Of a stretch of 64,000 nucleotides of DNA, positions 1 to 12,580 are shown in pieces. The notes below the pieces were generated by a model. That model saw only the letters and a list, made by a program, of their open reading frames with translations. It did not search any database and was not told where the DNA came from. The position numbers were made by a program, and so were the translations under genes. The DNA comes from an uncultured delta proteobacterium (GTDB taxonomy: Bacteria > Desulfobacterota > Binatia > UBA9968): contig CAWJBB010000030.1 of assembly GCA_963840855.1 (NCBI GenBank), forward strand, positions 225,755 to 289,754, in the 5' to 3' direction. Each line of letters starts with the position of its first letter. Position 1 is the stretch's first letter.

Positions 1-3000
1 CTTGTAAATAACTTCGCGGACCAGAGTGCTCTTGCCGGAGCCGGATATGCCGGTGACGCAGGTCCACATGCCGAGAGGAATTTTGACGTCGAGGTTTTTC
101 AGGTTATGCGCTTTTGCCCCGCGAATCGTCAGCCAGCGCGATGTTTCCAGCATGCGCGCCGGGCCAAGCCGTTTTTTGTCCGAGCGCAGATAAATTCCGG
201 TGGGAGATTCAGGATGGTTCTTAATCTCGTCCGGCGAGCCGATGGATACGACGTAGCCCCCGTGGACGCCGGCGCCGGGCCCGAGATCGACGATGATATC
301 CGCCGACTGGATGGTTGCCTCATCATGCTCGACGACCATCACGCTGTTGCCGGCTTCTTCCAGACGGCGCAGGGTCTTGAGAAGCATCTGGTTGTCGCGC
401 GGGTGCAGTCCGATGGTGGGCTCGTCGAGGATGTAGCACACGCCGCGCAGGTTCGATCCCAATTGGGCGGCCAATCGAATGCGTTGCGCCTCGCCGCCGG
501 AGAGCGTGTCGGCGCGCCGGTCCAGGGTTAAATAGGGCAGGCCGACTTCGTCGAGGAAATTCAAGCGCTGCTGAATTTCCCGTAAAATCTTATCGGCGAC
601 GGCGCGGTCGCGCTCGGCGTTGCCGTTTTTTGCGTGGGTGATTTTCAAGTGGTCAAAGTATTCCTTGGCCTGTTCCACAGAGAAAGCCGCGACCTGCCAT
701 ATCGCTTTGCCGTTGACGCGCACCGCCTGCGCCCGGCCGTTTAACCGCCGGCCGCCGCAGGCGCCGCACGCCGATTCCGCCAACAGTTCACCAAGCTCTT
801 GGTTGGCCTCCTCTTCGCCGTCGCCCCACAGCTCGCGCAGGCGCGGGATGATGCCGCGAAACGCCGCGCGACCACTGCCGCCGAAAAGAATTTCTTCCTG
901 GGTTTTCTTGGCCAGACGTCCCCAGGGTTTGGCGCTGTCGATGCCGCGCGCTGCTTTCAATTCTTGGCCCAAGCGCTCGACGGCGCGGCGCAGATGGCCG
1001 GCATTGCCAGAGAAGAGGCCGGCGAGCGCGGCAAGGGAGTCGGACAGAGTTTTTTTTGCGTCGGGGAAGAGCAGCTCGCGGTCGAAATCCCACTTAAAGC
1101 CCATGCCGCCGCACGGCGAGCAGGCGCCCTGGCGGCTGTTGAAAGAGAATAGGCGCGGGTCGAGGGGCTCATAGCCGATGCCGCAGCGCAGACAAAAAAG
1201 CCGCTGGTTAAAAATCTGCTCGCCGCGCTCGGAAACTAAATGGATGACACCGTTGCCGAGGCGGAGTCCCTGATCGATCATCGCTTCCACCTCGCGGGTG
1301 CTGGCCTTGCTCTTGCCCACGACGATGTCGATATCATGTTCTTTGAAGCGCTCCAGGCCGTTGGTCAGCTCCGGCGCTCTGAGCTCCAGCAGTTTTCCGT
1401 CGATGCGCGCTTGGCGGTAGCCGAGGCGGCGCGCGCCGGCAATGACTTCCTTATGAAAGCCCTTGCGGCCGCGTACGATGGGGCTCAGCACCACGACGTC
1501 TTTGCCGCGGTAGGCGCGACCTATGCGGTCGAGGATCTGGCTGCGGCTCAGGGAATGAATCTGCCGCCCGCACTGCACGCAGTGCTGCTTGCCGATCTTG
1601 GCATAAAGCAACCGCAGATAATGATAGATCTCCGTAACCGTCGCCACAGTGGATTTCTTGCCGCCCTGGCTGAGCCGCTGTTCGATGGCGACGGTGGGCG
1701 GTATGCCCGCGAGCAGGTCCACGTTGGGGCGCGCCATCACTTCGAGAAACTGGCGCGCGTAGGCGGAAAGGCTGTCGATGTAGCGCCGCTGCCCTTCGGC
1801 GTAAATGATGTCGAAGGCGAGGGACGATTTTCCCGAACCGCTCAAGCCGGTGATGACGACGAAACGGTCGCGCGGAATCTTGAGGCTGATGTTTTTCAGA
1901 TTATGCTCTCTGGCGCCGACGATGGTGATGGCGTTTTCTTCAACGGGCAAGGGCGCGGCAGGCCTTGCCCCTATGCTCTCCAGAACCGGCGTGAATGGCG
2001 ACGCAGCGTCTGTCGAAAGATAGGGTTTCAGGTAAATTCCTGTGTGCGAATTTTCCACCCCGGCGATCTGCTCCGGGGTCCCGGTGGCGACGATGTAACC
2101 GCCCGCGTCGCCGCCTTCGGGCCCGAGGTCGATGATGTGATCGGCGCACTTGACCACTTCCATGTTGTGCTCGATGACGACCACCGAATGGCCCTGGTCG
2201 ATCAATTCATTAAAGGCCCAGAGCAGCCGCTCGATGTCGTGAAAATGCAAGCCCGTCGTCGGCTCATCGAAGATAAACAGCGTGCCGGTCTTCTTGGCTC
2301 TGGCCATATGCGCCGCCAGTTTGAGGCGCTGCGACTCGCCTCCGGAAAGGGTTGTCAGGGGCTGGCCGAGCCGGACATATTCAAGACCGACGGCTTTGAG
2401 CGGGTAGAGGCCATTTTTGATTTCCGCCGTGTCTTTGAAGAATTCCAAAGCTTCGTTCACCGTGAGATCGAGCACGTCGCGGATGCTCTTGCCGCGATAC
2501 GTGACTTCCATGATTTCTTCCCGGTAACGGCTGCCATGGCACTCGGGGCATGAAGTGTAAACATCCGAGAGAAACTGCATCTCGACTTTTTCATAGCCTT
2601 CGCCGCGGCAGGTCTCGCAGCGGCCGCCTTCCACGTTGAACGAAAAAGTCGACGGCGTGTAGCCGCGCAGGCGCGAGAGATCGGCGGCGGCGAACAGGCG
2701 GCGAATGCCGTCGAAGGCTTTCATGTAGGTGGCGGGATTGGAGCGCGGCGTGGTGCCGACGGGGGACTGGTCCACCAGCACCACCTCGGAAATCTTGTCC
2801 GCGCCATCGATCTGAGCGCAGTCAACGACATTGGCAACGCGCGCTTCTTTGAGCTTTTTCAAATTGCGGTAAAGCACTTCGTCCACCAGACTCGATTTTC
2901 CCGAGCCGGAGACGCCGGTAATGCAGACGAAGACCCCGAGAGGGATTTCCACGTCGATGTTTTTGAGATTGTTGGCGCTGGCGCCGGAAATTTTGATCGC

Positions 3001-4770
3001 TCGTTGGAGGAGCGGCTTGCGGTTGCGCGCTGGAAAGGGAATCGTTTTGCGCCGGCTCAGATAGGCCGCGGTAAGCGAGTTTTTATCTTTGAGCAAAGCC
3101 TCATAGGATCCCGCGAACATCACCTCGCCGCCCTGTTCCCCGGCGCGCGGGCCGAGATCGATGATGTGGTCGCACTCCTTGATGATCTCCGGATCATGCT
3201 CGACCACGACGACGGTGTTCTGGTTGGCTTTGAGGCGGTGCAGAATCTCGACGAGCCGGTGGCTGTCACGCGGATGCAGACCGATGGACGGCTCATCGAG
3301 CACGTAGAGCGTATTGACCAGCGACGAACCGATGGCCGTAGTGAGATCGACCCGTTCCAGCTCGCCACCGGAAAGCGTCCGCGACTGGCGGTCAAGGGTC
3401 AGATATTCGAGGCCCACGCTCGCGAGATATCCGAGCCGGCGGCGGATCTCGTCGAGGATCAAGCGCGCCACCTGGTCGAGGGCGCCTTGGAGCTTGAGCT
3501 CGGCGAAAAAACGGTGCGCTTCGCCCACGCTCATGGCGGTGATCTGGGCGATGTCTTTGCCGTCAATTCTGTAACGCAGCGCGTCGGGTTTCAGGCGGCT
3601 CCCCTGACAATCGGGGCAGATGAGATAGGCGCGGTAGCGCGCCAGCATCACCCGAACATGCATGCGGTAACTGCGGCGCTCCAGACGGCGAAACCAGCCG
3701 CGGATGCCCCGGTACTCGCCGTCGCCGTCGATGACGAGCCGCTGCTGTTTCTCAGCCAGTTCGCCCCACGGTTTTGTCGTTGAGATTTTTTTGCGCTCGC
3801 AGAAATCGAGCAAGCGCCGCGTTCTGCGCTTGCGGTTGATCCAGGGCTTGATGGCGCCCTCGCTGAGTGATTTGCCGTGGTCGGGAATGACCAGATCGAG
3901 ATCGATGTCGATCACGCGGCCAAAACCGCGGCAGGTTTCGCAGGCGCCCAACGGACTGTTGAAAGAAAACAGGTTGGGCGCCGGATCGCGGTACGATATA
4001 TCGCAGTGGGGGCAGTGGAGATGGTTGCTGAAGGGCTCGCGCCGCCAATTTTCCTGCGGCAGATGGAGACTCAACCGGCCTTTGCCGTAGTGAAACGCCT
4101 GCTCGAGGGAATCCAGGATTCTTTTTTTATTCTCCGCCCGGAAAGCGAAGCGGTCGGCGATGATTTCCAACGCTTGTTCGCGCCGCGGTGCCTCCGTGAT
4201 CTCATCGAGTTCCCGAATGTTTTGGCCTTCCAGAAGGCGGTGAAATCCCGCTTGGCTGAGCCCGTTGCGCATTTCCTCCCAGGAGACCGCCGCCGGCGCC
4301 GCCAACGGAAAAGTCAGAATCACCGGCGCGCCCTCCGCGAGAGTGCCGAGCTTGGCAAGCACCGACTGCGCCGAATCGCGTTCGACGATCCGCTCGCAGG
4401 CGCGGCAGTGGAGCACGCCTATTTTTGCGAAAAGCAATTTGAAATGATCGTGCAGCTCGGTCATGGTGCCGACGGTGGAGCGCGAGGTGCGCACCGCGCG
4501 GCTTTGATCGATGGCGATGGTGGGCGGGATGCTCTCGATGCTTTCCACGTCCGGCTTGTCCATGCGGTCGAGAAACTGGCGCGCGTAGGCGGAGAAGCTT
4601 TCGACGTAGCGCCGTTGCCCTTCGGCGTAGAGGATGTCGAAGGCGAGGGTGGATTTCCCAGAGCCGCTGACGCCGGTGATAACCGTAAGGGCGTTCAGCG
4701 GAATGCGCAGGTCGAGGTTTTTTAGATTATTCTGCTTGGCGCCGCGTATCTGTATCCAGCCGTGGCTCAT
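1..4770 (-). CDS. uvrA: Excinuclease ABC subunit A, double-length (four ATPase domains); 3' end lies outside the window
   Basis: Manual minus-strand translation gives [29 protein letters not shown]. Further Walker A motifs lie near 2900 and 1840 and at about 20-60 ([20 protein letters not shown]). [14 protein letters not shown] and FSFNS zinc-finger segments are present. Missing from the ORF track because there is no stop codon in the window. The start could be 4776. Confidence 0.95.
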   Translation of the reverse strand, partial: MSHGWIQIRGAKQNNLKNLDLRIPLNALTVITGVSGSGKSTLAFDILYAEGQRRYVESFSAYARQFLDRMDKPDVESIESIPPTIAIDQSRAVRTSRSTVGTMTELHDHFKLLFAKIGVLHCRACERIVERDSAQSVLAKLGTLAEGAPVILTFPLAAPAAVSWEEMRNGLSQAGFHRLLEGQNIRELDEITEAPRREQALEIIADRFAFRAENKKRILDSLEQAFHYGKGRLSLHLPQENWRREPFSNHLHCPHCDISYRDPAPNLFSFNSPLGACETCRGFGRVIDIDLDLVIPDHGKSLSEGAIKPWINRKRRTRRLLDFCERKKISTTKPWGELAEKQQRLVIDGDGEYRGIRGWFRRLERRSYRMHVRVMLARYRAYLICPDCQGSRLKPDALRYRIDGKDIAQITAMSVGEAHRFFAELKLQGALDQVARLILDEIRRRLGYLASVGLEYLTLDRQSRTLSGGELERVDLTTAIGSSLVNTLYVLDEPSIGLHPRDSHRLVEILHRLKANQNTVVVVEHDPEIIKECDHIIDLGPRAGEQGGEVMFAGSYEALLKDKNSLTAAYLSRRKTIPFPARNRKPLLQRAIKISGASANNLKNIDVEIPLGVFVCITGVSGSGKSSLVDEVLYRNLKKLKEARVANVVDCAQIDGADKISEVVLVDQSPVGTTPRSNPATYMKAFDGIRRLFAAADLSRLRGYTPSTFSFNVEGGRCETCRGEGYEKVEMQFLSDVYTSCPECHGSRYREEIMEVTYRGKSIRDVLDLTVNEALEFFKDTAEIKNGLYPLKAVGLEYVRLGQPLTTLSGGESQRLKLAAHMARAKKTGTLFIFDEPTTGLHFHDIERLLWAFNELIDQGHSVVVIEHNMEVVKCADHIIDLGPEGGDAGGYIVATGTPEQIAGVENSHTGIYLKPYLSTDAASPFTPVLESIGARPAAPLPVEENAITIVGAREHNLKNISLKIPRDRFVVITGLSGSGKSSLAFDIIYAEGQRRYIDSLSAYARQFLEVMARPNVDLLAGIPPTVAIEQRLSQGGKKSTVATVTEIYHYLRLLYAKIGKQHCVQCGRQIHSLSRSQILDRIGRAYRGKDVVVLSPIVRGRKGFHKEVIAGARRLGYRQARIDGKLLELRAPELTNGLERFKEHDIDIVVGKSKASTREVEAMIDQGLRLGNGVIHLVSERGEQIFNQRLFCLRCGIGYEPLDPRLFSFNSRQGACSPCGGMGFKWDFDRELLFPDAKKTLSDSLAALAGLFSGNAGHLRRAVERLGQELKAARGIDSAKPWGRLAKKTQEEILFGGSGRAAFRGIIPRLRELWGDGEEEANQELGELLAESACGACGGRRLNGRAQAVRVNGKAIWQVAAFSVEQAKEYFDHLKITHAKNGNAERDRAVADKILREIQQRLNFLDEVGLPYLTLDRRADTLSGGEAQRIRLAAQLGSNLRGVCYILDEPTIGLHPRDNQMLLKTLRRLEEAGNSVMVVEHDEATIQSADIIVDLGPGAGVHGGYVVSIGSPDEIKNHPESPTGIYLRSDKKRLGPARMLETSRWLTIRGAKAHNLKNLDVKIPLGMWTCVTGISGSGKSTLVREVIYK

Positions 4771-4781
4771 GGTCATTCGCT

Positions 4782-5033
4782 TTATTGCAGGCGATACTTT
4801 TCCACCAGAATCCGGCGGAAACGCGAGCCGTAGATCAAATCGAAGGTTGCTTCTTTATCCGGAAAGAGTTTTAGCGCCGTTTGTTTGGCATGCTCCACAA
4901 CCTCCTGGGCTTCGTCAAGGGTAAGTTCCACTTGCCGCAGCAAAACGGCCGCCACGTCCATCGCCCGGCTGAGCCGGCGCAGCTTGCGTTCTTCTTCCAA
5001 TAGCGCTTGTTTGTCCACAGCCACGGCCTCCAA
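4782..5033 (-). CDS. Hypothetical protein (83 aa, helical)
   Basis: ORF directly upstream of and co-oriented with uvrA; protein-like composition (LFPDKEATFDLIYGSRFRRIL). Confidence 0.7.
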   Translation of the reverse strand: MEAVAVDKQALLEEERKLRRLSRAMDVAAVLLRQVELTLDEAQEVVEHAKQTALKLFPDKEATFDLIYGSRFRRILVEKYRLQ

Positions 5034-5093
5034 GATTAACGGTGATTACTACCACCCCAATACTTCAAAGGCGCCAACCTTTAACGTCTACCA

Positions 5094-5212
5094 CGTTCAA
5101 AGAACGCGGTTCAAGGCGGCGCCTTCGGCGCGGTTCAAAGTTTCGCGTTCAACGTTCAAGTTAACGCCCAGCCAACCTTCTATTCCGAAACCTTGAACCT
5201 TGAACTTTGAAC
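5094..5212. repeat. GTTCAA-core short tandem repeats with inverted TTGAAC copies
   Basis: Several gttcaa units followed by ccttgaaccttgaactttgaacg. Confidence 0.7.
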
Positions 5213-5264
5213 GAGCAACAGCGGCGCGCTTCCGCGCGCGTCACGTCTTTGCTACTCTTCGTTC

Positions 5265-5952
5265 ATGCGCATCGCGGAAATCTTCTATTCCCTACAAGGC
5301 GAAGGGCGGTTGATTGGTACCCCGTCGGTGTTTATTCGTACTTCGGGGTGCAACCTGCGTTGTGTATGGTGCGACACGCCCTACACATCGTGGAAACCAG
5401 AAGGTCGGAATTGGCGCATTGATAAGATACTATTGCGAAGTCGGCAAGTATCCGGGCCGTTTCGTTGTCGTCACCGGCGGGGAGCCATTTTTGGCTCCGG
5501 AAATAGAAGAACTAACGCAAGCGCTTAAAGAAACCGGCGCCCATATTACCATCGAAACGGCGGCGACGATTTTCAAACCGGTGGCCTGCGACCTGTTGTC
5601 GATGAGTCCGAAGCTCACCAACTCCACGCCGTGGAAAAAAGCCAATGGAAAGTTCGTCAAGATGCACGACGCGCGGCGGCTTAATTTCCTCGTGATGCAG
5701 AATTTTCTCGACCGCTATGACTGCCAGTTGAAGTTTGTCGTCGATCAACCGGCGGACTTCGATGAGCTGCGCGACGTTCTCGCCCAACTGAATCAGGTCG
5801 ATCCAAGTAAAGTGCTAATCATGGCGCAGGGAAAGACCGCGCGGCAGATTCACGCGAAGTCGCAATGGATCGTGGAAGCCTGCAAGAACTACGGCTACGG
5901 CTACACGCCGCGGCTGCATATCGATCTGTACGGCAACCGGCGGGGCACATAA
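5265..5952 (+). pseudogene. queE: 7-carboxy-7-deazaguanine synthase QueE (radical SAM), frameshifted near 5435
   Basis: [25 protein letters not shown] (CxxxCxxC) lies in one frame and [25 protein letters not shown] in the next. Either a real pseudogene or a sequencing error. Confidence 0.85.
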
Positions 5953-5969
5953 CGGTCGCTAGCGCGACC

Positions 5970-6010
5970 GGTTCCAGTCGTTCAAAATGTTCCAGCAGTT
6001 CCAGTCGTTG
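5970..6010. repeat. 9-bp period GTTC(C/A)A repeats
   Basis: gttccagtc gttcaaaat gttccagca gttccagtc. Confidence 0.6.
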
Positions 6011-6038
6011 AAAAGATCGGATTCTTGCCGGATTGAGA

Positions 6039-9000
6039 TCACTGCGCTAGCGGCAGCTCGCTGGGTGGGTGAGAAGGGGTGAAGTTGATGTCCCGTATTT
6101 TTACTTTGTTGAGATTTTCTCTGGCGGGAAGAAGTGGAGCCGTGGCCGCTTTTTTATCCGAATGCTCCATGATCGCCGGCGCCAGCAATTTTAGAATCGT
6201 CACCGGCAGCGCGCTGGTAAATTTATAATTTTCAGCCTCCCGGCCCTGGACGTAGGCCGTGACGACACCGTAGTAACTCTCGTCGATGTAAAAAACGAAA
6301 GTCGCCGTACGGTTGGTGGCGCGGGAAGAAGTCACACCGCCTTGCCGGTTGAAGGTTTGAATGCGGTTGTCGCCGGAGCCGGTTTTTCCGCCCACCGTAA
6401 TGAGCTTGCCGTCGGGATATTTAAATGCCCCATGCAAGCGCCGCGCGGTGCCCTGCGCGACGACGTCGGCCATCGCTTTGCGCGCCGCGCGCGCCACCAC
6501 CGGGTTCAGTACGACTTCGCCTTTAGGCGGATTGCGCTCCAAAACCGTTTCATAGGGCGTGCCGGGGGCGAAGTGGATCTTGGTCAATGCCGTTCCAGGG
6601 CGGCGCACGCCGTCGTTTACCAGAATGCCGACCAACTCGGCCAGCGCCACCGGCCGGTCGCCGGAGCTGCCAATGGAGCTGGCATAGGACGGCACCATAG
6701 TCTTAAAAGGAAAACCCAGTTTCTGCCAGTAAGGCGTGAGGCGGGCGAAGGCGTCTCTTTCTATCTTTATGCGCAAGCGCAAGTCCTGGGCTTTGCGGTG
6801 GCGCGCATTAAGCAGCCAGGACGAGCCCTCGAGCCCCGCCTTGCGGCTGCCGGCGAGAAGATCGTCCCATGACAGATTTGGATTCTTGCGGTATTCCTGC
6901 GCGCACCAGAGGTCCAAAGGGTGAATGGAGAGCAGATAGGCGAAATCCATCGCGGTGAGTCTGGGGTTCTGGTAGGCTCGAAACAATCTCGCCACGTCCA
7001 CGGACGCGGCCTGCGCGCCGTGTTTCTTGAGCCATGCCGCCAGCGCTTGTTCATCGGCGCCGATGCGCCAGGCGAAGAAAAGTATCGCCAGCCGCCGCTC
7101 CGCGTTGCCTCTAGTTCCCACCAGCCGGGCGATGATCTTTTCCTCGCTCTGTCCTTTATAGTTGGGGTAAGAGCGCCGCAGTACGCTGCGCGATTCCTCA
7201 TCGGCGATCTCCACGAGCATGCGGCGGCGCTCGGGATGATCCGGCTTGGCGAGCACGTCGTCGGCGTTATAGGCCAGCCGCGCGCGGTGGTAGCCTATGA
7301 TATCGCGCATGAGACGGATGAACACGAGATTGATTGAGCTCTGAAAGGCCTCGCGCAGCGACAGGATTTTGCCGTTATCATCGGGATCGAAATTGGCGAA
7401 GTCATGCAGCCCGCCGCCGGTGAAAAACATTTCCCCGGGACTGGCTGAATAACGCCGCTCCATGGAGCTTTGCAGAATCGCCTCGAGGGTGATTTGGGGG
7501 TCCGTCTGAAGCGTTTCAATGACCCAGCGGGTGAGCGGATCACGCGCCTCCTTCGCCGCCTGCTCGAGGTCTGGTCCGGCCAAGGAGGAAAACTCCTTGT
7601 GCAGTTCGGCGATGATTTCCAGATAGTGCGTCAACGTGCGCAGCTTGGCGGTGCTGCCGAGCTCGAGCTTGACGCTCTTATTGAAATCGAAGGGCGTGGC
7701 GAGATTGTCCGCTTGCACCCGGACCATGTTGCCTTGCGGCGTGGGTTCCACGAGCAGGAATGAATAAACGATCTTTTTCGGGTCGGCGTAGTTGAGCAGG
7801 TATTCGCCGATCAATCCTTTGGCTTCAACGACCTTGCGGTCTCCCAGGCTGTTGAGAAAATCCGTCACTTTCTGCTGTAGCGGCACGTCGATGGTGCTTT
7901 GCAATTCCAAGTGCAGGCGGTTGAGGTCATAGACGTTGTTAATGCCCAGATACTCCATCGTCGTAATGCGCACGGCGTTGGCGGCTTTGTTCTTGTAAGA
8001 CGAAGGCTGCGGCGTAACCGGCCCCGTGCCCAGATATTCGATAGGGGTGTGCTCAATGGCGTCGGCCAGCTGCTTTTCGATGATGCCTTCGCGCGCCATC
8101 AGCTTGGCGAACTGGCGGACTTTTTCCTCGAGGCCCGGCCGGTCATCGACCAGAAATGCCGACGGCGAGCGCACCGAGACCAGCAGCGTTAGCACTTGCT
8201 TATAGGCGTCCACTTTCGCAGCCGTAATACCCGGCTCCTTGATGGCCTTCAGGGCGTCTTCCAACTCGGTTCCGAACCAGGCGTAAAGCCCCTCGCCGAG
8301 GCCGTGGATCTCGCCGTAACCGGGCGCGGCGGCCAGCGGCACGGCGTTGAAATAGTCCACAATGATGCGCTCGCGCCAAGCGCGCGTGTTCTTGCCGGCG
8401 CGGTAGGCTTTAAGGCTGGCGCCGACGAGCTGGCGCAATTTTTCCAACGGCGTGTCGGTGCGGCCGTGGGGAGAGTGGCGGAATTTTTCCAATTGCACGG
8501 CGAGGGTGCTACCGCCTTGCACCGGCACCGGCAAATAAAATTTGGCGCCAATGTAATAAAACAGGGCCTTCACCGTACGGTCCCACTCGATTACCGGATT
8601 CTGCCAGGACGCCGCGGGGTGGTCGAGATCGCGGTTTTCCAAAAACAGCAGGGTCTTGACCAACAGCGGCGGGATGTCGTTGATCCCTTTGAACAGGAAT
8701 TCCGATTGGGCGTATTGAAACAGCGGAGCGCCCTTGGTGCCCGCGCCGCTGTTGCTGGCATTGACGCCCTGGACGACGATGCCGGTTACTCGCGGCTCGG
8801 TGTAGGGCGGCGCGATGCCATGGCCGATGAGATTGGCGAGAGTCTCTGATTGCCGCGCCTGCTGCGTGACTTGGTAGCCCTGTTTCTCAAGACGCGACTG
8901 AAAGTCGGATAGCTTCGAATAGCCTCTGCGGTCATCAAAGGGGGCGGAGCGCGGAAACGCTATGCTCGGACTGCGGCCGTCGGCCAATTCAAATGATAGC

Positions 9001-9194
9001 CGCTTGTTGGTTGCGGTGAAGAGCCAGGATTGCAGCACCGACGTGCGGACCTCTATGATGCCGCAGACGATGATTATCAGGAAAAAAAGGCACCACTTCA
9101 GCCAGCGCTTGAGGAAGCCGGTCTTGGTGAAGAACCAGCGCGATACCAGCGAGGGGGTCGGTTGAGCTTCAGTGGGAATCGAATCGGCGTCCAT
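6039..9194 (-). CDS. Class A penicillin-binding protein (transglycosylase-transpeptidase)
   Basis: N-terminal TM helix; transglycosylase motifs LENR and QGGSTLAVQL; transpeptidase motifs STAK (SxxK), SIN (SxN) and KTG. Confidence 0.85.
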   Translation of the reverse strand: MDADSIPTEAQPTPSLVSRWFFTKTGFLKRWLKWCLFFLIIIVCGIIEVRTSVLQSWLFTATNKRLSFELADGRSPSIAFPRSAPFDDRRGYSKLSDFQSRLEKQGYQVTQQARQSETLANLIGHGIAPPYTEPRVTGIVVQGVNASNSGAGTKGAPLFQYAQSEFLFKGINDIPPLLVKTLLFLENRDLDHPAASWQNPVIEWDRTVKALFYYIGAKFYLPVPVQGGSTLAVQLEKFRHSPHGRTDTPLEKLRQLVGASLKAYRAGKNTRAWRERIIVDYFNAVPLAAAPGYGEIHGLGEGLYAWFGTELEDALKAIKEPGITAAKVDAYKQVLTLLVSVRSPSAFLVDDRPGLEEKVRQFAKLMAREGIIEKQLADAIEHTPIEYLGTGPVTPQPSSYKNKAANAVRITTMEYLGINNVYDLNRLHLELQSTIDVPLQQKVTDFLNSLGDRKVVEAKGLIGEYLLNYADPKKIVYSFLLVEPTPQGNMVRVQADNLATPFDFNKSVKLELGSTAKLRTLTHYLEIIAELHKEFSSLAGPDLEQAAKEARDPLTRWVIETLQTDPQITLEAILQSSMERRYSASPGEMFFTGGGLHDFANFDPDDNGKILSLREAFQSSINLVFIRLMRDIIGYHRARLAYNADDVLAKPDHPERRRMLVEIADEESRSVLRRSYPNYKGQSEEKIIARLVGTRGNAERRLAILFFAWRIGADEQALAAWLKKHGAQAASVDVARLFRAYQNPRLTAMDFAYLLSIHPLDLWCAQEYRKNPNLSWDDLLAGSRKAGLEGSSWLLNARHRKAQDLRLRIKIERDAFARLTPYWQKLGFPFKTMVPSYASSIGSSGDRPVALAELVGILVNDGVRRPGTALTKIHFAPGTPYETVLERNPPKGEVVLNPVVARAARKAMADVVAQGTARRLHGAFKYPDGKLITVGGKTGSGDNRIQTFNRQGGVTSSRATNRTATFVFYIDESYYGVVTAYVQGREAENYKFTSALPVTILKLLAPAIMEHSDKKAATAPLLPARENLNKVKIRDINFTPSHPPSELPLAQ

Positions 9195-9409
9195 GGAGTG
9201 GTTGAGATTATAGCATACGCGCAAAAAATTCCCACGTCGCATTTATGACAGTGCCTGCGGATGGGTCCGGGCTTACTTAATGGTTCTGTGGAATCTCGTT
9301 TCATTTGCTTGCCGCCTCATGAGGCCTTGGGATAAGGCTGAAACTGGGGACTTGCCAGTGGCAATGCTCCGATAATATAAAATAGACCGCGACAAAGGAG
9401 GAGGACGGC

Positions 9410-10513
9410 ATGAAAGTCACCAAAATGATTGGCGCGATCGTCGCTGGCGGCTGGCTCGGCATGGCGCTTGTTTCTAGCACCGAGGCAGCCAGCGTCGAGG
9501 AGCTGTTTGCCGGCATTGGCAAATTGCCCGCGAAGGAACGGCAGCGGCGGCTCGAAGAGGGCGCAAAAAAAGAAGGAAACCTGGTGGTCTATTCCAATCA
9601 TGGACTGGAGACCACGCAGGAATACTCGGACGCGTTTCAAAAAAAGTATCCATTCGTAAAGGTCGACGCTTCCCGTCTCCAGGGGGCAAAGGGGCTGGAC
9701 CGAATTCTTCTGGAACATCGCGTCGGCAAACTGCCCGCGGATGTAGTGGGCGTCGACTTCGATAACATCGGCGAGCTGATGAAAACCGGCGTGCACGCGC
9801 GCTATGACTCGCCGGAAAAAAAGTATTATCCGAGCCAGTTCTGGGACAAAGAAGGGCGCTGGTACACCGCCGAATACACCCTGGTGGTGATCGCCTACAA
9901 TACCAATCTGGTGAAGCCCGCCGAAGCGCCCAAAAGTTACCAGGACCTGCTCAACCCGAAATGGAAAAACGACATCTCCATCGACAATGAGCCTGAGCAG
10001 GCGGTGTTCGCCTGGCTGATGGAGTGGGGCGAAGAAAAGACGGCGCAGTACATGAAGGCGCTGATGCGCAATGGCGCCGTGGCGCGGCGCGGCCATACGC
10101 TGCAAGTGCAATTGATCTGCAGCGGCGAGACTAAAATCGCCGTGGAAGTCTATCCGCCGCGGGTATTGCAGATGAAATACGAGAAGAAATGTCCCATCGC
10201 GATGGTCTTTCCCAATCCGACGCCGGGATCGCTGGGAAGCCACACGGGCATCGCCAAGAGCGCCAAAAACCCCCATGCCGCTGCCCTCTACATCGACTTC
10301 ATGCTGAGTGAAGACGGCGCAGCCGCGTTAGCGCGGGGCGGCGGCACAATCTCGGCGCGCAAAGGCGCCAAGGCCGGCTGGCAGGACATAATAGACGCGG
10401 TGGAGAGCAAAAAGTTCCGCACGACGCTCGTCGGCCATGAAAGAATGGGAGAGTTGAAAGACAAGGGCTACAAGTTGATCGAAGACATCATCGTGCGCAA
10501 GCAGCTGAAATAG
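9410..10513 (+). CDS. ABC transporter substrate-binding protein (Fe3+/thiamine-like family)
   Basis: Signal peptide; AKKEGNLVVYS, IAYNTNLV..PKSYQDLLNPKWK and AKNPHAAALYIDFMLS motifs. Confidence 0.9.
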   Translation: MKVTKMIGAIVAGGWLGMALVSSTEAASVEELFAGIGKLPAKERQRRLEEGAKKEGNLVVYSNHGLETTQEYSDAFQKKYPFVKVDASRLQGAKGLDRILLEHRVGKLPADVVGVDFDNIGELMKTGVHARYDSPEKKYYPSQFWDKEGRWYTAEYTLVVIAYNTNLVKPAEAPKSYQDLLNPKWKNDISIDNEPEQAVFAWLMEWGEEKTAQYMKALMRNGAVARRGHTLQVQLICSGETKIAVEVYPPRVLQMKYEKKCPIAMVFPNPTPGSLGSHTGIAKSAKNPHAAALYIDFMLSEDGAAALARGGGTISARKGAKAGWQDIIDAVESKKFRTTLVGHERMGELKDKGYKLIEDIIVRKQLK

Positions 10514-10533
10514 CGCGACGCCCCGAGGCGGCG

Positions 10534-12236
10534 TCACATTTGCTGGATCGAGTAGCGCGCGCCGACGGCGCGGGCGATCAGACTGATAACGACGAGAATC
10601 ACGATCATGACCATGCCGAGGGCGGACAGCGCTGGATACTGGCCGCCGTCCCATAATTCAAACAGCACGATGGAAATCACCTCGGTGCCGCTGCGGTAGA
10701 GCATGATCGAGGTGGAAAGCTCTCTGAAGGAGTGGGTGATGACATAAATCCACCCGGCGACGAAGCCCGGCGCAAGCAGCGGCAGGATGACGCGTTTAAA
10801 CGTATGCCCCCACGCCGCGCCGCTCGCTTCCGAAGCCTCTTCGAGTTCCTTTTTGATTTGCAGCATGGACGAAGAGCACGCGCGCATGCCGTAGGGCAGA
10901 TATTTAGTAACGTATGCGATCAAGAGAATCCACAAAGTGCCATAGACCGGCACCGGCAGTATTAAATAAAGCCACAAGATCGCGATGCCCAGGACGAGGC
11001 CCGGCATGGCGATGGGACTGAAGGCGAGAAAGTCGAGGGCGCCCTTGCCGCGCCATTTCGTGCGCACGACGATCCAGGCGATGACGGCGGTGAGCAGCAT
11101 CGTTAACGTCGAGCTTCCCAAACCCAACACGAAACTGTTCCACATGGCGCGGTGCACCAGCGGCAGGTTCCAAAGATTTGCATAGTTTTCCAGCGTGAGG
11201 CTGGCAAAGGCCGTTTCGGACGGCGCCATGTAAAAGGGCAGGAAGGACGACCAGACTACGACCAGCACCGGCAGGATGAAAAGGACAAAGCAGAGCAGCA
11301 AATTAAGGCGACCAGAGGGAGGCGCCAGCGCCCAAGGTCGAACGCCGTCGGGCGAAATCCCTTGCCGGTGATCGTTGCGTATTGTTCCGAAGCCGCCGTC
11401 CATTTGAGGTAGAGCAGTACGCCCGCGGTCGTGATGGCGAGATAGACCACGGCAAAAGTACTGGCGAGACCGAAGTCCGTCGGCACGGTTTTGGTTGCCA
11501 GATAAACTTCCGTGGCGAATACGAGGATGCCCGCGGGCATGCCAATCAATGCCGGCACTTCGAAATTCTCGATGGCGCGCACAAAGCTGATCATCCACAC
11601 GGCCAGAATGGCGGGGAGCAGCACGCGCAAAGTGATGCGCATCGTCGTGCGGAATATGTTGGAGCCGGCGACCATGGCCGCTTCTTCAAGCGACGGGTCC
11701 ATGGAACGGAGCGCCGCCGCGAGCAGCAAAAACGCCAGAGGAATCTGGTCGGTTCCCTGGACCCAGATCATTCCGGGCATATTGTTGATCTCGATGGGCT
11801 CGCTGAGCCCAAGATACTGCATGGCAATGATATTGATGATCCCCGAGCGGCGGCCGAAAAGGAAAATCCAACCGACGGTGGTAAGAATGCCCGGCACAAT
11901 CATCGGAATCAGGATGCAAGTGTAAACTGCGCTGCGCCAGGGCAGGTTGGTGCGTTCGGTCATCCAGGCGAGGTAGAGGCCGCCGGCGAAGGCGAGAAAG
12001 CTCGAGCCCGTGCTGAAGATGACGGAATTTAGGAGCGCTCCGGCCAAACGCCAGTTCTGAAAAAGGGCGAGGTAGTTTCGAACCGTGAATTCGCCCGGAA
12101 CCCCCGGCGGCCCGCTTTTCACGCTGCCGTAGAGTAGCATCGCCAGCGGAATCAGCGTTAAATAGGCGATCACCGCTGCCGCCAGCGCAACCAGAATAAA
12201 CTGCGGGCGCATGCCCAGGCGAACTCCGTTTGCCAT
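10534..12236 (-). pseudogene. Fe3+-type ABC permease (two BPD domains), frameshifted near 11305
   Basis: Two EAA loops (MDPSLEEAA; IKKELEEAS) fall in different frames; the junction follows ITGKGFRP..GRWR. Paralogue of 13756-15522. Confidence 0.85.
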
Positions 12237-12289
12237 CAGATGTTTTCTCTAGCATGGTGCAGGGAGAGCGCACAACATTGTCGATGATG

Positions 12290-12332
12290 CAGTTCAGGGG
12301 GTTCAAATCGTTCAAGCCGTTCAAGGCGTTTC
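12290..12332. repeat. 9-bp period GTTCAA repeats
   Basis: gttcagggg gttcaaatc gttcaagcc gttcaaggc. Confidence 0.7.
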
Positions 12333-12580
12333 GAAAGGATACAACGGCTGCTGAGAAACTAGGCTTGACATGGCCCACCGTAGTCGAATAGACAAGGTTG
12401 AGTTGCGGCATGGTTTTGTATTGGGCGGAGATACCAAGCTGATCGACAGCCCACCAAGGTCTCGATATTGTCGAATACACCGGGCCGCGAGGACGAAGGG
12501 CGGTCCAACGTAGGAGGCGATTATGTTCGTTGAGACAGTAGCAGTGAGTAAAGCCTAATCGCCGATTGATTCATCGACGG

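Noticed and set aside
106-4725. Long plus-strand ORFs (437, 259 and 282 aa and others)
   Set aside because: They are antisense shadows of uvrA, common in GC-rich DNA.
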